A stretch of 64,000 nucleotides of DNA. Source: Bacteroidales bacterium UBA5536. Lineage in GTDB: Bacteria; Bacteroidota; Bacteroidia; Bacteroidales; F082. The first letter of the stretch is position 1; the number at the start of each line of letters is the position of its first letter. The notes under the pieces are model-generated. The model was not told where the DNA came from, ran no database searches, and saw nothing but the letters and a program-made list of their open reading frames with translations. Below, one piece after another: positions 26,082 through 36,201 of the stretch. A program made the translations under genes and the position numbers. The DNA lies in assembly GCA_002426795.1 (NCBI GenBank), contig DINQ01000011.1:41525-105524 (forward strand). Reading direction: 5' to 3'.

Positions 26082-28592
26082 CTATTGTGCTTTCACCTTT
26101 ACAAAACGGCCTGTATAATAGTTGTCATCACTTCTGATGATGTAGGTGCCTTCGGGTAAATCCTGGATGCTAACCGGACGATCCAATCCAGTTCCGCTTT
26201 TTACCAACTGACCACTCAGGTTGATGATTTCCCATTGCACGCCTGCTTTTCCGGCGGCCACACTTATCGCATTGCTGGCAGGACTGGGATAAACTTTCAG
26301 CTTTTGAGCCATGTTGTGCTCTAAACCAACCGTACCCATCAGCAAGGTGTCAATTGAAATAGATTGGATCGATCGGGCAAAGGTACCTGCAACCAATCTG
26401 TTGTTCACATAATCAATATCCATGTCGAAAATGATCAGATTGGGCATGTCTCCGGCCTTGTCCCAGCTTTCGCCACCATCTTCTGTGTAGAACACGCCTG
26501 CATCAGTTCCGACAAAAAGAACCATATCACTTGTTTCGTGCAGGGTTTGAATGCTGTTTACACCAATCTCGGGCATGTTGCCGGCAACCGAATACCAATC
26601 GGCACCAAAATTGTCAGAAGCATGGATCAGGGGTGTATTATCGCCATCGCGATAACCGGAATGAACCACAAAAACCCGGCCTTCAACCGCGTCAGAGGCA
26701 ACAATGTCAGTTACATAGCGATCGGGCAATCCTGCTGTGATATTGGTCCAGTTGCCGCCGGCATTCTGACTGACCCAAACCCGACCGTCGGAGGTTCCTG
26801 CATACAACACATCCGCATTGATAGGTGATTCGGCCAGGGTTGAAATCACATGCCGGTTGGCCGGATAGAAATTTGGCGGACCAGTCAGTTCGTCCGAAAT
26901 CGACTGCCAGAATGAATTGGGCCCGTTTGAGGCCCTGTAAACCTTGGTCGTGCCGGTATAAAGCACCTGCGAATTATGACTGCTCATCATCAAAGGAGCG
27001 TCCCAGCCTACTCTTTCGCTGCCAATACCAGAAGTGAAATCGTCGAAGCCAAAACCGTTTTGCACATAGATCAAGCCGTTTTGTGTCATAGCATAAAACA
27101 CCGAGGGGTTGCTCCAGTCGTACAAACACTGGAAGCCATCACCACCAAGAAGTCTGGGCCAGTTATCGGCTGTTTGGTAGCTGCCGCTTGCGGTGCCGTT
27201 GTCCTGCATCCCGCCGGCATAAACACCCGGAATGTGTGGGTTCACGTCAATACGGTAAAATTGCGAAATTGGCAGGTACGACTTGTACTGCCAGTTGTTG
27301 AAACTACTGCTTCCAGTGTAGAGTCCGCCATCAGTAGCCAGCCAAAGTTTGCCGGTGGGAGAATAAACCAGGTCGTGCATATCGGCATGAACCTCATAAG
27401 TGTACCAATCGGGGGTGCTCTGAAACCAGGAATTGCCACCATTGTTGGACGTATGCAACTCAACACCTGCCACCGACACTTGATCGGCATTGGCCGGATT
27501 CACCACAATACGACCAAAATACCATCCAAAGCCGCCCTGGGTACCCTGCAAACCGGAACTGTTCAACTCGGTCCAGCTGTCGCCAAAATCGTTTGAACGG
27601 TAAACACCTTCTATCTCGTAACTTGTCGGATCAACAAAGCTGACATAAACCACTCCGGGATCGGAAATGGAGACATCCAAAGCAGCTCTCACCAGGTTGC
27701 CACCCGGCAAGCCATTCGACAATTCTTCCCAGGTGTCGCCTCCATCGGTAGATCGGTAAACGCGGCCTTCAGGCCCTGACGTAATAGAAACCTGGTTGTT
27801 GCGGATACGGTTCCAGCCACCGGCAAAGATAGTATCGGGAAAATCGGGATGGAAAACCAGTGAGCTGACACCGGCTTGAGGCGATAAAAACAAGACTTTT
27901 TCCCAGCTGAGGCCACCATCAACTGAGCGATAGACTCCACGATTTTCATCTTCGTAATAAGGAGTGCCCATCGAAGCCACATATAAAATATCAGAATCGT
28001 CAGGATGCACCAGGATTTTACTGATGATACCAACATCCGCAAGACCGAGCAATTCCCAGCTCAATCCACCATCGGCTGATTTGTAAACACCACTGCCTGT
28101 TTTGGGCGTGCTGCTGATATTGGGATCGCCAGTGCCCACGTAAATCACGTCGGTGTTTTGTGGATCATAAGCCACCGATCCGATCGACATGCTGGCAAAG
28201 ATGTCACCGCTGCTTTCCCAGCTTTCGGCTGCATCAGTGGTTTTGAAGATACCACCCGCGCTGGTCCCAATGATAATTTCGTCTTCGTTGTTGGGGTTGA
28301 TGGCAATGCAATTGACACGCCCGCCAATGTTCAGCGGACCTTCGACCCTCCAGCTCACATCGCTGCTTCTGCTGTTGGCGAATCGCATAGCAACATCCTG
28401 CATCACTGCATCATACTTCTGATCGTCGAAGCTGATGTTGGGATAAGTCCAACGTTCCCAGAGATACTCAGCCGGGCCATAGGCGTTAAAATCTTTGGCT
28501 TCTTCAGCCTCTTTTTTTTGCTCTGTGCTGCAAGCGGCAAAAGCCGTCAGCAACACGAAAAATATCAGGATTTTTTTTGTCATCATATGCAT
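26082..28592 (-). CDS. secreted BNR/Asp-box repeat beta-propeller protein with a T9SS C-terminal sorting domain
   Basis: Repeated Asp-boxes (DGGLSWE twice, DGGDTWE, DFGDSWT, NGGNSWF, AGGNWT, DGGESWD). Signal peptide plus lipobox (FAACS). C-terminal KVYPSPASNAISV...GTYIIRSDDNYYTGRFVKV. Confidence 0.8.
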   Translation of the reverse strand: MHMMTKKILIFFVLLTAFAACSTEQKKEAEEAKDFNAYGPAEYLWERWTYPNISFDDQKYDAVMQDVAMRFANSRSSDVSWRVEGPLNIGGRVNCIAINPNNEDEIIIGTSAGGIFKTTDAAESWESSGDIFASMSIGSVAYDPQNTDVIYVGTGDPNISSTPKTGSGVYKSADGGLSWELLGLADVGIISKILVHPDDSDILYVASMGTPYYEDENRGVYRSVDGGLSWEKVLFLSPQAGVSSLVFHPDFPDTIFAGGWNRIRNNQVSITSGPEGRVYRSTDGGDTWEELSNGLPGGNLVRAALDVSISDPGVVYVSFVDPTSYEIEGVYRSNDFGDSWTELNSSGLQGTQGGFGWYFGRIVVNPANADQVSVAGVELHTSNNGGNSWFQSTPDWYTYEVHADMHDLVYSPTGKLWLATDGGLYTGSSSFNNWQYKSYLPISQFYRIDVNPHIPGVYAGGMQDNGTASGSYQTADNWPRLLGGDGFQCLYDWSNPSVFYAMTQNGLIYVQNGFGFDDFTSGIGSERVGWDAPLMMSSHNSQVLYTGTTKVYRASNGPNSFWQSISDELTGPPNFYPANRHVISTLAESPINADVLYAGTSDGRVWVSQNAGGNWTNITAGLPDRYVTDIVASDAVEGRVFVVHSGYRDGDNTPLIHASDNFGADWYSVAGNMPEIGVNSIQTLHETSDMVLFVGTDAGVFYTEDGGESWDKAGDMPNLIIFDMDIDYVNNRLVAGTFARSIQSISIDTLLMGTVGLEHNMAQKLKVYPSPASNAISVAAGKAGVQWEIINLSGQLVKSGTGLDRPVSIQDLPEGTYIIRSDDNYYTGRFVKVKAQ

Positions 28593-28804
28593 ATTTCCAT
28601 CTTAGTTAGCCATCTCTTCTTTTGTTTACCTGCCAAATCTGCCTGGTAGCAGCCATTTTATTGCATTTTACCCGACGGGACATCAAAGAAAGCAAACATT
28701 TCGCTTGTGTTGTAAAAAAATAAACAAGAAAGGCCAATTTGTGTTCAATCCAAAAAGGCTTCTTTACGAGATGCTTGTATGCATCAGTTCACTACTTTTG
28801 TGAC

Positions 28805-29818
28805 ATGATATACATCACAGGCGCAACGGGATTAGTAGGCTCGCATTTGCTGGCAGCGCTGGCTGCCAAAGACAAACCTGTCAGGGCATTACGACGCGAA
28901 AACAGCGACTTATCGCTTGTAAAAAAAGTTTTTGCGCGGCAGTTTGAGGATGCTGAAGCGCAATTTGATCGAATTGAATGGGTGAATGGCGATGTGCTAG
29001 ATTATTACTCATTGGAAGAAAGCCTTAGTGGAATCGATGAAATTTATCACTGCGCTGCTACCGTTTCTTTCCACAAATCAGCCCACCAAGCCATGCTTCG
29101 GGTCAATATCAAAGGCACCGAAAACCTGGTAAACGCTGCACTGCACCAAGGCGTGAAAAAGTTCTGTCATGTGAGCTCCATTGCGGCTTTGGGTCGGGCC
29201 GAAAAGGGCGTTTTGGTTACTGAGCAAACCAACTGGAAAAGCTCGGGAAACAATTCAGTGTATGCCATTTCGAAATACGGGGCCGAACGGGAAGTGTGGC
29301 GTGGCATTGCTGAGGGCTTACAGGCGGTCATCATTATCCCATCTGTAATTCTGGGTGCAGGAAACTGGGACAGCGGCAGTGCCGAGCTGTTCAAACTTGT
29401 CGATCGCGGACTGAAGTTTTACACCAGCGGCATCAACGGTTTTGTGGATGTACATGATGTGGTAAGGACTATGCTGTATCTAATGGAAAATGAACATTTT
29501 GGCGAACGCTTTATCGTTTCGGCACAGGATGTCAGCTACAAGGAGTTTTTTGCGTTGATGGCCGAAAATCTGGGAAAAAAGCCACCAAACATCGCTGTAA
29601 ACCCCTGGATGAGCGAAATAGCCTGGCGTTTGCTGGCAGTCAAATCAATGCTTACGGGTAAAGCTTCTGCGATCACCCGCGAAACTGCCCGCACTGCCAG
29701 CAATAAGCATTATTACAGTTCAGAAAAACTGAAGCAGAAAACAGGATTTGTTTTTACGCCCATCGCACAAAGTATCGCGGATATCTGCACCATTTACAAG
29801 CAGGAAAACAGAAAATAA
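28805..29818 (+). CDS. NAD-dependent epimerase/dehydratase (SDR) family protein
   Basis: MIYITGATGLVGSHL Rossmann motif and the YAISK catalytic YxxxK. The start is taken at 28805. Confidence 0.8.
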   Translation: MIYITGATGLVGSHLLAALAAKDKPVRALRRENSDLSLVKKVFARQFEDAEAQFDRIEWVNGDVLDYYSLEESLSGIDEIYHCAATVSFHKSAHQAMLRVNIKGTENLVNAALHQGVKKFCHVSSIAALGRAEKGVLVTEQTNWKSSGNNSVYAISKYGAEREVWRGIAEGLQAVIIIPSVILGAGNWDSGSAELFKLVDRGLKFYTSGINGFVDVHDVVRTMLYLMENEHFGERFIVSAQDVSYKEFFALMAENLGKKPPNIAVNPWMSEIAWRLLAVKSMLTGKASAITRETARTASNKHYYSSEKLKQKTGFVFTPIAQSIADICTIYKQENRK

Positions 29819-29928
29819 TCGCCCTTTGGATTCTTTATTTATACACATTCTAAAAAAGACCCTTACAACTCAGGCCCGAATAATAGTCTTAATTTTACGC
29901 CATTAAATCCTGATCAATTCATACCACT

Positions 29929-30453
29929 ATGAAAAAGACAATTTTGTTATACTGGGCTCCGGGCGGAAATGTAGAAAAAGCTGCCAGGCAAATACAAGCG
30001 CAAATTGGTGCTGACAAACTGGAAATGCTGGATGTTGCAAGCTTCAATGTGAGTCGCATGGATGCCTACGAAAACTTTATTTTTGGGATTGCCACCATTG
30101 GTGCCGAAATTTGGCGCGATGCAAAAGGTGATAATAAATGGAATGAGTTTTTCGTAAAAACCGAAAACAAAGATTTTTCCGGTAAAACATTTGCTTTTTA
30201 TGGGCTTGGCGATCAGGTGCTGTATCCCGATCATTTTGTGGATGCTTTGGGATTCCTGAAAGAAGAGGTAGAAAAACGCAATGGCAAAATTGTAGGTTTC
30301 TGGCCAACTGAAGGCTACACTTTCACCGATTCGGAAGGCGCGGCTGACGGCAAGTTTTTTGGTCTGGCACTTGACGAAGACCAGGAAAACGAAATGACAC
30401 CTGAACGCATCAAAAAATGGACAGCCCAAATCAGCCAGGAAATGAAGCTGTAA
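29929..30453 (+). CDS. fldA: long-chain flavodoxin homologue
   Basis: YGLGDQVLYPDHFVDALG, WPTEGYTFTDS and FGLALDEDQENEMTPERIKKW match long-chain flavodoxin. The N-terminal phosphate loop is atypical (APGGNV). Confidence 0.75.
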   Translation: MKKTILLYWAPGGNVEKAARQIQAQIGADKLEMLDVASFNVSRMDAYENFIFGIATIGAEIWRDAKGDNKWNEFFVKTENKDFSGKTFAFYGLGDQVLYPDHFVDALGFLKEEVEKRNGKIVGFWPTEGYTFTDSEGAADGKFFGLALDEDQENEMTPERIKKWTAQISQEMKL

Positions 30454-30473
30454 GCCATTAACCAAAACCAAAT

Positions 30474-30498
30474 AAAAGCCCTTTTGAGGGCTTTTTTT
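30474..30498 (+). terminator. intrinsic terminator
   Basis: AAAAGCCC-TTTTGA-GGGCTTTT hairpin running into a T-tract. Confidence 0.75.
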
Positions 30499-30546
30499 GT
30501 TTAAACAATCAATAGATGATTGCCTTGCTTACGTAGTGAATGATTC

Positions 30547-31989
30547 TCATTGTGAAATCAGGTTCCGGTAGTGGTCGTAACGCTCGGTAATCTGATCAAC
30601 AAAGGCATAGGTCTCTTCGCCACGCGCATAGCCATAGTAAACCACCGGGTCGTGGTAAAATGCCGGCTTCGATTTGTTGCGCATAAAAAAGTCAACATTG
30701 TCGTCCCAAACATCGGGGTTTTTGTTGTACTTGGCTGCCAATCGTCGCGCATCGAGCACATGGCCCACACCTGCATTATACGCCGCCAGCACAAACTTGA
30801 TGCGCTCTGCTGAATCTACCACGCTTTCCGGAATTTGCTTGTCAAGATACTGGATAAATTTACCGCCAATCCTGATCTGTTCCTGTGGCGAAGCGGTTGA
30901 ATCAATCCCAAACTGCTCCATCACCACCGGCATTAGCTGCATGAGACCATAAGCACCTGCCCAGCTCACAGCATCGGGTTTAAATTCAGATTCCTGATAA
31001 ATAAGCGAAGCAAGCAGACGCCAGTCCCAACCAATCTCTCGAGCCACTTCCTTGATGGTTTTGTCAAAGTCGGATAGTCGTCCCCCATTAAATGAGTTGT
31101 ATTCGCTGCGTGCCAGATAGCGGGTGCGGTTGCTTTTAAAATACTTGTCGTACAACAGCCTCGATTCAAGTGTATTGTCAAAATCGCCCAGCCAGTGATT
31201 GATCTCTTTGAGCAGGGCATTGTTCTTTTCTTTGCGTAATGCCCAGGCGAGTTTTTGCGGAAAACTCACAGGCATCTTCACATCAATCTGAGGATAATTG
31301 CGTTCGTTTACCAAGGCAATATGTTCATCGGCCACTGTATAATCAATTTCACCATTGGCAACGGCAGCAATCAGCTCTTCTACCTCCCGTTTGTCTTCCT
31401 TGATAATGATGGTGTCGCCAATTTCATCAGCGAGGGTTTCGAGTCGCTTTTTGAATACACTGCCGGCCTGCACATAAATGGTTTTACCGGCGAGTTCAAG
31501 GCTCGAGCGCAGCAACTTGCTTTCAATTTCGTCACGTGTTTGCATGCGCTGCCAACCTTCGGGCATTCGTTGAACCAGCACCTGTCGTGTTATAAAAATG
31601 GGATTGGTAAAGTCAAAACGCTCCTGTCTTTTCCCGGTGACAGTCATGCCAAGCGCAATGATATCAACATCACCCTTTTCGAGCTGCCGCATTGCTTTTT
31701 GCAGGTTGTCTTCGATACGCAATTCAAGACGCACCCCCAGGTTTTGCGAGAAAGCCTTGAGCATCTCATACTGATAGCCCATTGGCTCGCCGCGATAAAT
31801 GTAATAGTTGATTGAATTATAATCGGTGAGGGCAATAATTTTACCCCGTTCAACAACACGCTCCAGTGAATTTGGCCCCATTTCAACGGCATCTTTCTCT
31901 ATTTTGCTGTCCTGTGATGGATTGCAAGCTGTAAATACAGCAAGAAAAATTACCACTAAAACTAACCACAAATGATGCTTTTTCCGCAT
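30547..31989 (-). CDS. mltF: membrane-bound lytic murein transglycosylase F-like protein (SBP_bac_3 plus SLT domains)
   Basis: N-terminal solute-binding-like domain. SLT motifs ESEFKPDAVSWAGAYGLMQLMP and AAYNAGVGHV. Lipobox FTAC. The start is 31989 or 31998. Confidence 0.8.
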   Translation of the reverse strand: MRKKHHLWLVLVVIFLAVFTACNPSQDSKIEKDAVEMGPNSLERVVERGKIIALTDYNSINYYIYRGEPMGYQYEMLKAFSQNLGVRLELRIEDNLQKAMRQLEKGDVDIIALGMTVTGKRQERFDFTNPIFITRQVLVQRMPEGWQRMQTRDEIESKLLRSSLELAGKTIYVQAGSVFKKRLETLADEIGDTIIIKEDKREVEELIAAVANGEIDYTVADEHIALVNERNYPQIDVKMPVSFPQKLAWALRKEKNNALLKEINHWLGDFDNTLESRLLYDKYFKSNRTRYLARSEYNSFNGGRLSDFDKTIKEVAREIGWDWRLLASLIYQESEFKPDAVSWAGAYGLMQLMPVVMEQFGIDSTASPQEQIRIGGKFIQYLDKQIPESVVDSAERIKFVLAAYNAGVGHVLDARRLAAKYNKNPDVWDDNVDFFMRNKSKPAFYHDPVVYYGYARGEETYAFVDQITERYDHYRNLISQ

Positions 31990-32305
31990 GGAAATCATTG
32001 TCTTTGTGAAGCTAAAAATAATAAAAAACAAACAGCTACAGTAGTTTTCGTGTTTTTAGGCTTGATAACGCAAAATTTTAAGTTTTGGTTTTTGGCCTAT
32101 TAGTTTGCTTAGTTAAAGATTATTAAAATGCATCATAAAAAATCATTGACACATTAAACGAAAAAATTTAACTTTGTTAAATTGATAACACCAACCCTTT
32201 TTTCGTCAGGCATTGGCCAGGGAGACTGCTTTTATTCCACTCATTTTGGTTGGTGATATCAAGAATTTGCGTGTTTTAATGGATCAGAAAACTTATGATA
32301 AACAT

Positions 32306-33031
32306 ATGAAAACCAATCATTACAAATGGCTATCTAGCCTGCTTCTGTTGATTTTTCCAGCCATGCTGATGGCACAGGAGCTTCCGGGAAATACACCTGT
32401 AAACAAGGTTGAATACAATGAATCAACTGAGTTAGGAACTGGTTTTGGGCTGGGGATTGGCGTCAAGATGAACACTTTTGGTCCCGGCGTTGAACTGATC
32501 GGGGCTTTTAGCGACAAGCTACACCTGCGACTTGGCTTTAATTCGATGGGGATCAACTACACCTACAGTGATACTGATCTGGAAGTAAAAGCCAGCGCCG
32601 AAGTGCGGCTACAGGATGTCTCACTGTTATTGAATTATCAGCTGGCCAGGGTGCTTTTCATCAGCGGTGGTTTCATCTACAACAACAACGAAATCAAGCT
32701 GATTGGATTCCCCACCGGATCCATCATCATCGGTGATATCACGGCTGGTCCGGATGATGGAAGTACTTTGACGGCCCGCATCAGGCCAGGATCAAGCGTC
32801 AATCCCTATGCCGGAATCGGAATTGGCCGTTCTCTGTCGAAGAATGGTGTTGTCTCCTTTGCTTTTGAAGTTGGAGCCGCTTTTCAGGGAAGCCCGACGG
32901 TAGAACTAGTTGGAAACGGCAATCTGAACGAAATTGGCAGCGAAGAAAACCGTCAATTGCTCGAAGAAAACATAGCCTTTTACACCATCCATCCGGTTGT
33001 TAGCCTGCAGCTGTCGTTTCGGTTTTTGTAA
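32306..33031 (+). CDS. outer-membrane beta-barrel protein
   Basis: Signal peptide MKTNHYKWLSSLLLLIFPAMLMAQ. Alternating amphipathic strands. C-terminal LSFRFL ends in an aromatic residue context. Confidence 0.6.
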   Translation: MKTNHYKWLSSLLLLIFPAMLMAQELPGNTPVNKVEYNESTELGTGFGLGIGVKMNTFGPGVELIGAFSDKLHLRLGFNSMGINYTYSDTDLEVKASAEVRLQDVSLLLNYQLARVLFISGGFIYNNNEIKLIGFPTGSIIIGDITAGPDDGSTLTARIRPGSSVNPYAGIGIGRSLSKNGVVSFAFEVGAAFQGSPTVELVGNGNLNEIGSEENRQLLEENIAFYTIHPVVSLQLSFRFL

Positions 33032-33252
33032 GGTTAATATTGTTCAGCCATCATAAATCGCATGAAACACGCTGAAGTAAGACAAAATACTTAATTTAGA
33101 AAAATCTTTGTAAGGCTGGTTCTTGCCTGTTTTACACTGCGAAAATAAATAATGTCAACCATTGCTGTATGTCAACTAAGTTCAGCTGTGTCACAATCTG
33201 AAACAAGTATCTGAACATTGGTTAGGCGCAGCTGGCTATAAAAAACAAATGA

Positions 33253-35391
33253 ATGACTCTATTTAAGAAAAGTTGTAGTTACTTTCCTTTAGCTCTCTTT
33301 ACACTTTTTGCCTTTACTTCATTTTCATCATTGGCAGGGTCCGACAGTTTAATCAAAGTCCTGAGCCATAGCAGTAAGGAAGCAGATCAACTTTATGCCA
33401 AAGTGTTAATTGCCAGGAATTTAATCCCGGATAATATGGACTCAGCCAGAATGCTGCTCGATCAGGTTAAACCTATTGAGTCAGGCCTAGACAAACTTAG
33501 CCGGGCTGAATACAACAATGTAAATGGGTTGTACTACTGGTTTACCAGCGAGTATGACACTTCGATCAGCTACCTGATGAAAACGGCAAGGCTAACCTCA
33601 GAGCCCGAATTGGATCAGCTCATTGTTGAAGCTTGCAACAATGGCGGGGCGTTATTGGGCAAAACAGGACAACCCGACAGCTCATTTAAATACCTGAGCA
33701 AAGCACTCGACATCGATGTTCATAGAAACAACATAAAGGGTATCGCTAAAACAAATTACGATCTAGGTGTTTTTTATCGCAGAGCCGGAAAATACAGACT
33801 TGCACTGCAATACCAACTGGCCTCAATCAATGCACTCGAAGAACTGCAAGACACTTTCAGACTGGCAAATGGCTACAATGCCCTTGGCTCGCTTTATGCC
33901 AATGTTGATAAAAATGAAGATGCTCTCGAAGCATATCATCATGCACTCAGGCTGATTCAATCCCAAAACATGATTAGTTTAATACCTACAATTTACAACA
34001 ATATCTCCTCTATCTACCTGGATCACATGAAAGATATTGATAAAGCAAAGACTTATGTTTTGAAAGGTATCCGAAGTGCTGAGGCCGGAGACGATGTTTT
34101 GCCCTATCTTTTCTCAAATATGGGGCAGATTTACATCAGAACCAAGATTTATGATAGCGCTGCATACTGCTATAAAAAAGCGATTTCGCTGAGCAAATAT
34201 TATAAATTGACCAACAATCTGCTTCCGACTTATTCCTTTTATGGCACTTTGCTCAGCAGTCAAGGTAAATTCGATTCTGCTTATTATTACTATAACCTAT
34301 CGCTAAAGCTTTCTGAAAAATTGGGTATTCCGACATGGAATACCAACACATATTTAAACCTTGCCAGCACCGATAGTGCACGAAATGATTTCAAGAGCGC
34401 ATTTTTGCACCTGAAAAGGGCTATGGAAATACGTGACTCGTTGACTGAAAGTGAAATCAGGTTGAAGTTTGATGAGCTTCAGATCATCTATGAAACACAA
34501 AAGAAAGATGCTGAATTGTCGGCCTTAAATAAGCAAAACAAGCTGAATGAACGTATTATTGATAATCAGACCTATGTGATGCTGCTCAGTTTTTTGGTGA
34601 TTATTCTCTTTGTCATCCTAATAGTACTGCAACGCAAGTCGAACCAAAAGATCCTGTCACAAAAAGAGGACATCCAGCGAAAAAACGAATCACTGACTCA
34701 GCTAAACCATACAAAAGACAAGTTCTTCTCAATCATCTCGCACGATTTGCGCGGACCTTTCAACGCCCTGATCGGTTTACTTGACATTCTGGGCGATGAA
34801 TATGACAATATCTCCGATGCAGAAAAACGGCAAATTTTGGATGCGGTGCGCAAAAGCAGCAACAATACTTACAACCTGCTGGTCAACCTCCTCGATTGGT
34901 CACGAGCACAGCGCCAAAAGATCGAAAATGAGCCTGTGGTGGTTGATTTGCATGAAGCTGTGGAGCATGTTTTTGAAATTCTTAGATCGCGTGCCAGAAA
35001 AAAAGACCATCAGCTGACCAATGAAATATCACCTGGCATAAAAGTGATGTGCGACACAAATATCCTGAACAGTGTATTGATCAATCTGGTGAATAATGCC
35101 ATTAAATTTACGCATCAGCATGGCGATATCCGCGTAAACGCACAAAACAAAGAGGATAAAGTCTTCGTTTGTGTGACCGACAATGGAATTGGCATCCCGG
35201 AAGATCATTTGGACTCTATCTTTCATATCGACTCCGATTTTAAGCGCCCAGGTACCGAAGAAGAAGTTGGAACAGGTCTTGGGCTTATTCTGGTCAAGGA
35301 ATTTGTCGAACTGATGAAGGGCGAGATCACCGTGAAAAGCAAGCCAGACAAGGGAAGTACATTTTGTTTCAGTGTTCCACCTGCGAGCTAA
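33253..35391 (+). CDS. TPR-repeat sensor histidine kinase
   Basis: Signal peptide, long TPR-like region and one TM segment. H-box FFSIISHDLRGPFNAL, N-box LVNNAIKFT, G-boxes DNGIGIP and GTGLGLILV. Confidence 0.9.
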   Translation: MTLFKKSCSYFPLALFTLFAFTSFSSLAGSDSLIKVLSHSSKEADQLYAKVLIARNLIPDNMDSARMLLDQVKPIESGLDKLSRAEYNNVNGLYYWFTSEYDTSISYLMKTARLTSEPELDQLIVEACNNGGALLGKTGQPDSSFKYLSKALDIDVHRNNIKGIAKTNYDLGVFYRRAGKYRLALQYQLASINALEELQDTFRLANGYNALGSLYANVDKNEDALEAYHHALRLIQSQNMISLIPTIYNNISSIYLDHMKDIDKAKTYVLKGIRSAEAGDDVLPYLFSNMGQIYIRTKIYDSAAYCYKKAISLSKYYKLTNNLLPTYSFYGTLLSSQGKFDSAYYYYNLSLKLSEKLGIPTWNTNTYLNLASTDSARNDFKSAFLHLKRAMEIRDSLTESEIRLKFDELQIIYETQKKDAELSALNKQNKLNERIIDNQTYVMLLSFLVIILFVILIVLQRKSNQKILSQKEDIQRKNESLTQLNHTKDKFFSIISHDLRGPFNALIGLLDILGDEYDNISDAEKRQILDAVRKSSNNTYNLLVNLLDWSRAQRQKIENEPVVVDLHEAVEHVFEILRSRARKKDHQLTNEISPGIKVMCDTNILNSVLINLVNNAIKFTHQHGDIRVNAQNKEDKVFVCVTDNGIGIPEDHLDSIFHIDSDFKRPGTEEEVGTGLGLILVKEFVELMKGEITVKSKPDKGSTFCFSVPPAS

Positions 35392-35427
35392 CTGTTCAAG
35401 ATTCTAATTTTTATTTTTTACTCAACC

Positions 35428-36201
35428 ATGAAGTCATCCCTGAGTTCCCGTACGGATCAATACCAGATTGCCTGGCAAGATGTAGATGCAAATGGCAAAA
35501 TGACACTACGGGCCTTTTCCAATTTCCTTCAGGAGTCGGCATGGCGCCATGCCAATGAAGTCGGCTTCGGATTCAACTACCTGAAACAATTTGGAGCCGT
35601 GTGGGTTCTCACCGCAATCAGGGCACAAATCGAACAATATCCTGCCTGGAACGACATCATCAGGCTGACTACCTGGCACAAAGGACATCAAGGGATCATC
35701 GCCTCGCGCGATTTTGAAATGCATAACCTGCAAGGACAGAAAATTGCTGCTGCTTCGACCGACTGGATCATCATCAATTTCGAAAGCAGACGCCCCATGC
35801 GACCCCACATTATTGAACAGTTTAGCGATACGGCATTGCTTCATCACGCACTTGCGCAGCCTTTCCTTGACCTTGAAATGCCCGCAACAATTTACGATCA
35901 GCAGTATCATGTGGTTCACTTTTCAGAACTTGACATGAACGGTCACACCAATAATATGCGCTATTTCGAATGGATTGCCAATGCATTTGAGCCATCCAAT
36001 ACTACCCAGCTTGCTTTTCACCAGTTTGAAATCAGGTTTGTTCATGAGTGTGTACTGAACGACAAAATTGAAATGACAATCCGGCAGGACGCGTCGGTAT
36101 TTTTCATCCATGGAATCAGGCAACGTGATAATAAACAGGTGTTTGAAGCCAAAGCCAGGCTTCGTCCGTCAGGCGACTTTTTTATAACGCCAAACGGATA
36201 A
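35428..36201 (+). CDS. acyl-ACP thioesterase family protein
   Basis: 257 aa with a double hot-dog layout. The N-terminal YQIAWQDVDANGKMTLRAFSNFLQESAWRHA is typical of FatA/B-type thioesterases. Confidence 0.7.
   Translation: MKSSLSSRTDQYQIAWQDVDANGKMTLRAFSNFLQESAWRHANEVGFGFNYLKQFGAVWVLTAIRAQIEQYPAWNDIIRLTTWHKGHQGIIASRDFEMHNLQGQKIAAASTDWIIINFESRRPMRPHIIEQFSDTALLHHALAQPFLDLEMPATIYDQQYHVVHFSELDMNGHTNNMRYFEWIANAFEPSNTTQLAFHQFEIRFVHECVLNDKIEMTIRQDASVFFIHGIRQRDNKQVFEAKARLRPSGDFFITPNG

Noticed and set aside
26364-27596. ORFs 26364..26828 (plus) and 26976..27596 (plus) inside the BNR-repeat gene
   Set aside because: They are antisense to a gene with repeated Asp-boxes and a T9SS domain.
29947-30471. 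174-aa ORF on the minus strand, exactly antisense to the flavodoxin gene
   Set aside because: It is a mirror ORF of a recognisable gene and has no motifs.
31255-31815. 186-aa ORF on the plus strand antisense to mltF
   Set aside because: It is a shadow ORF with no motifs.
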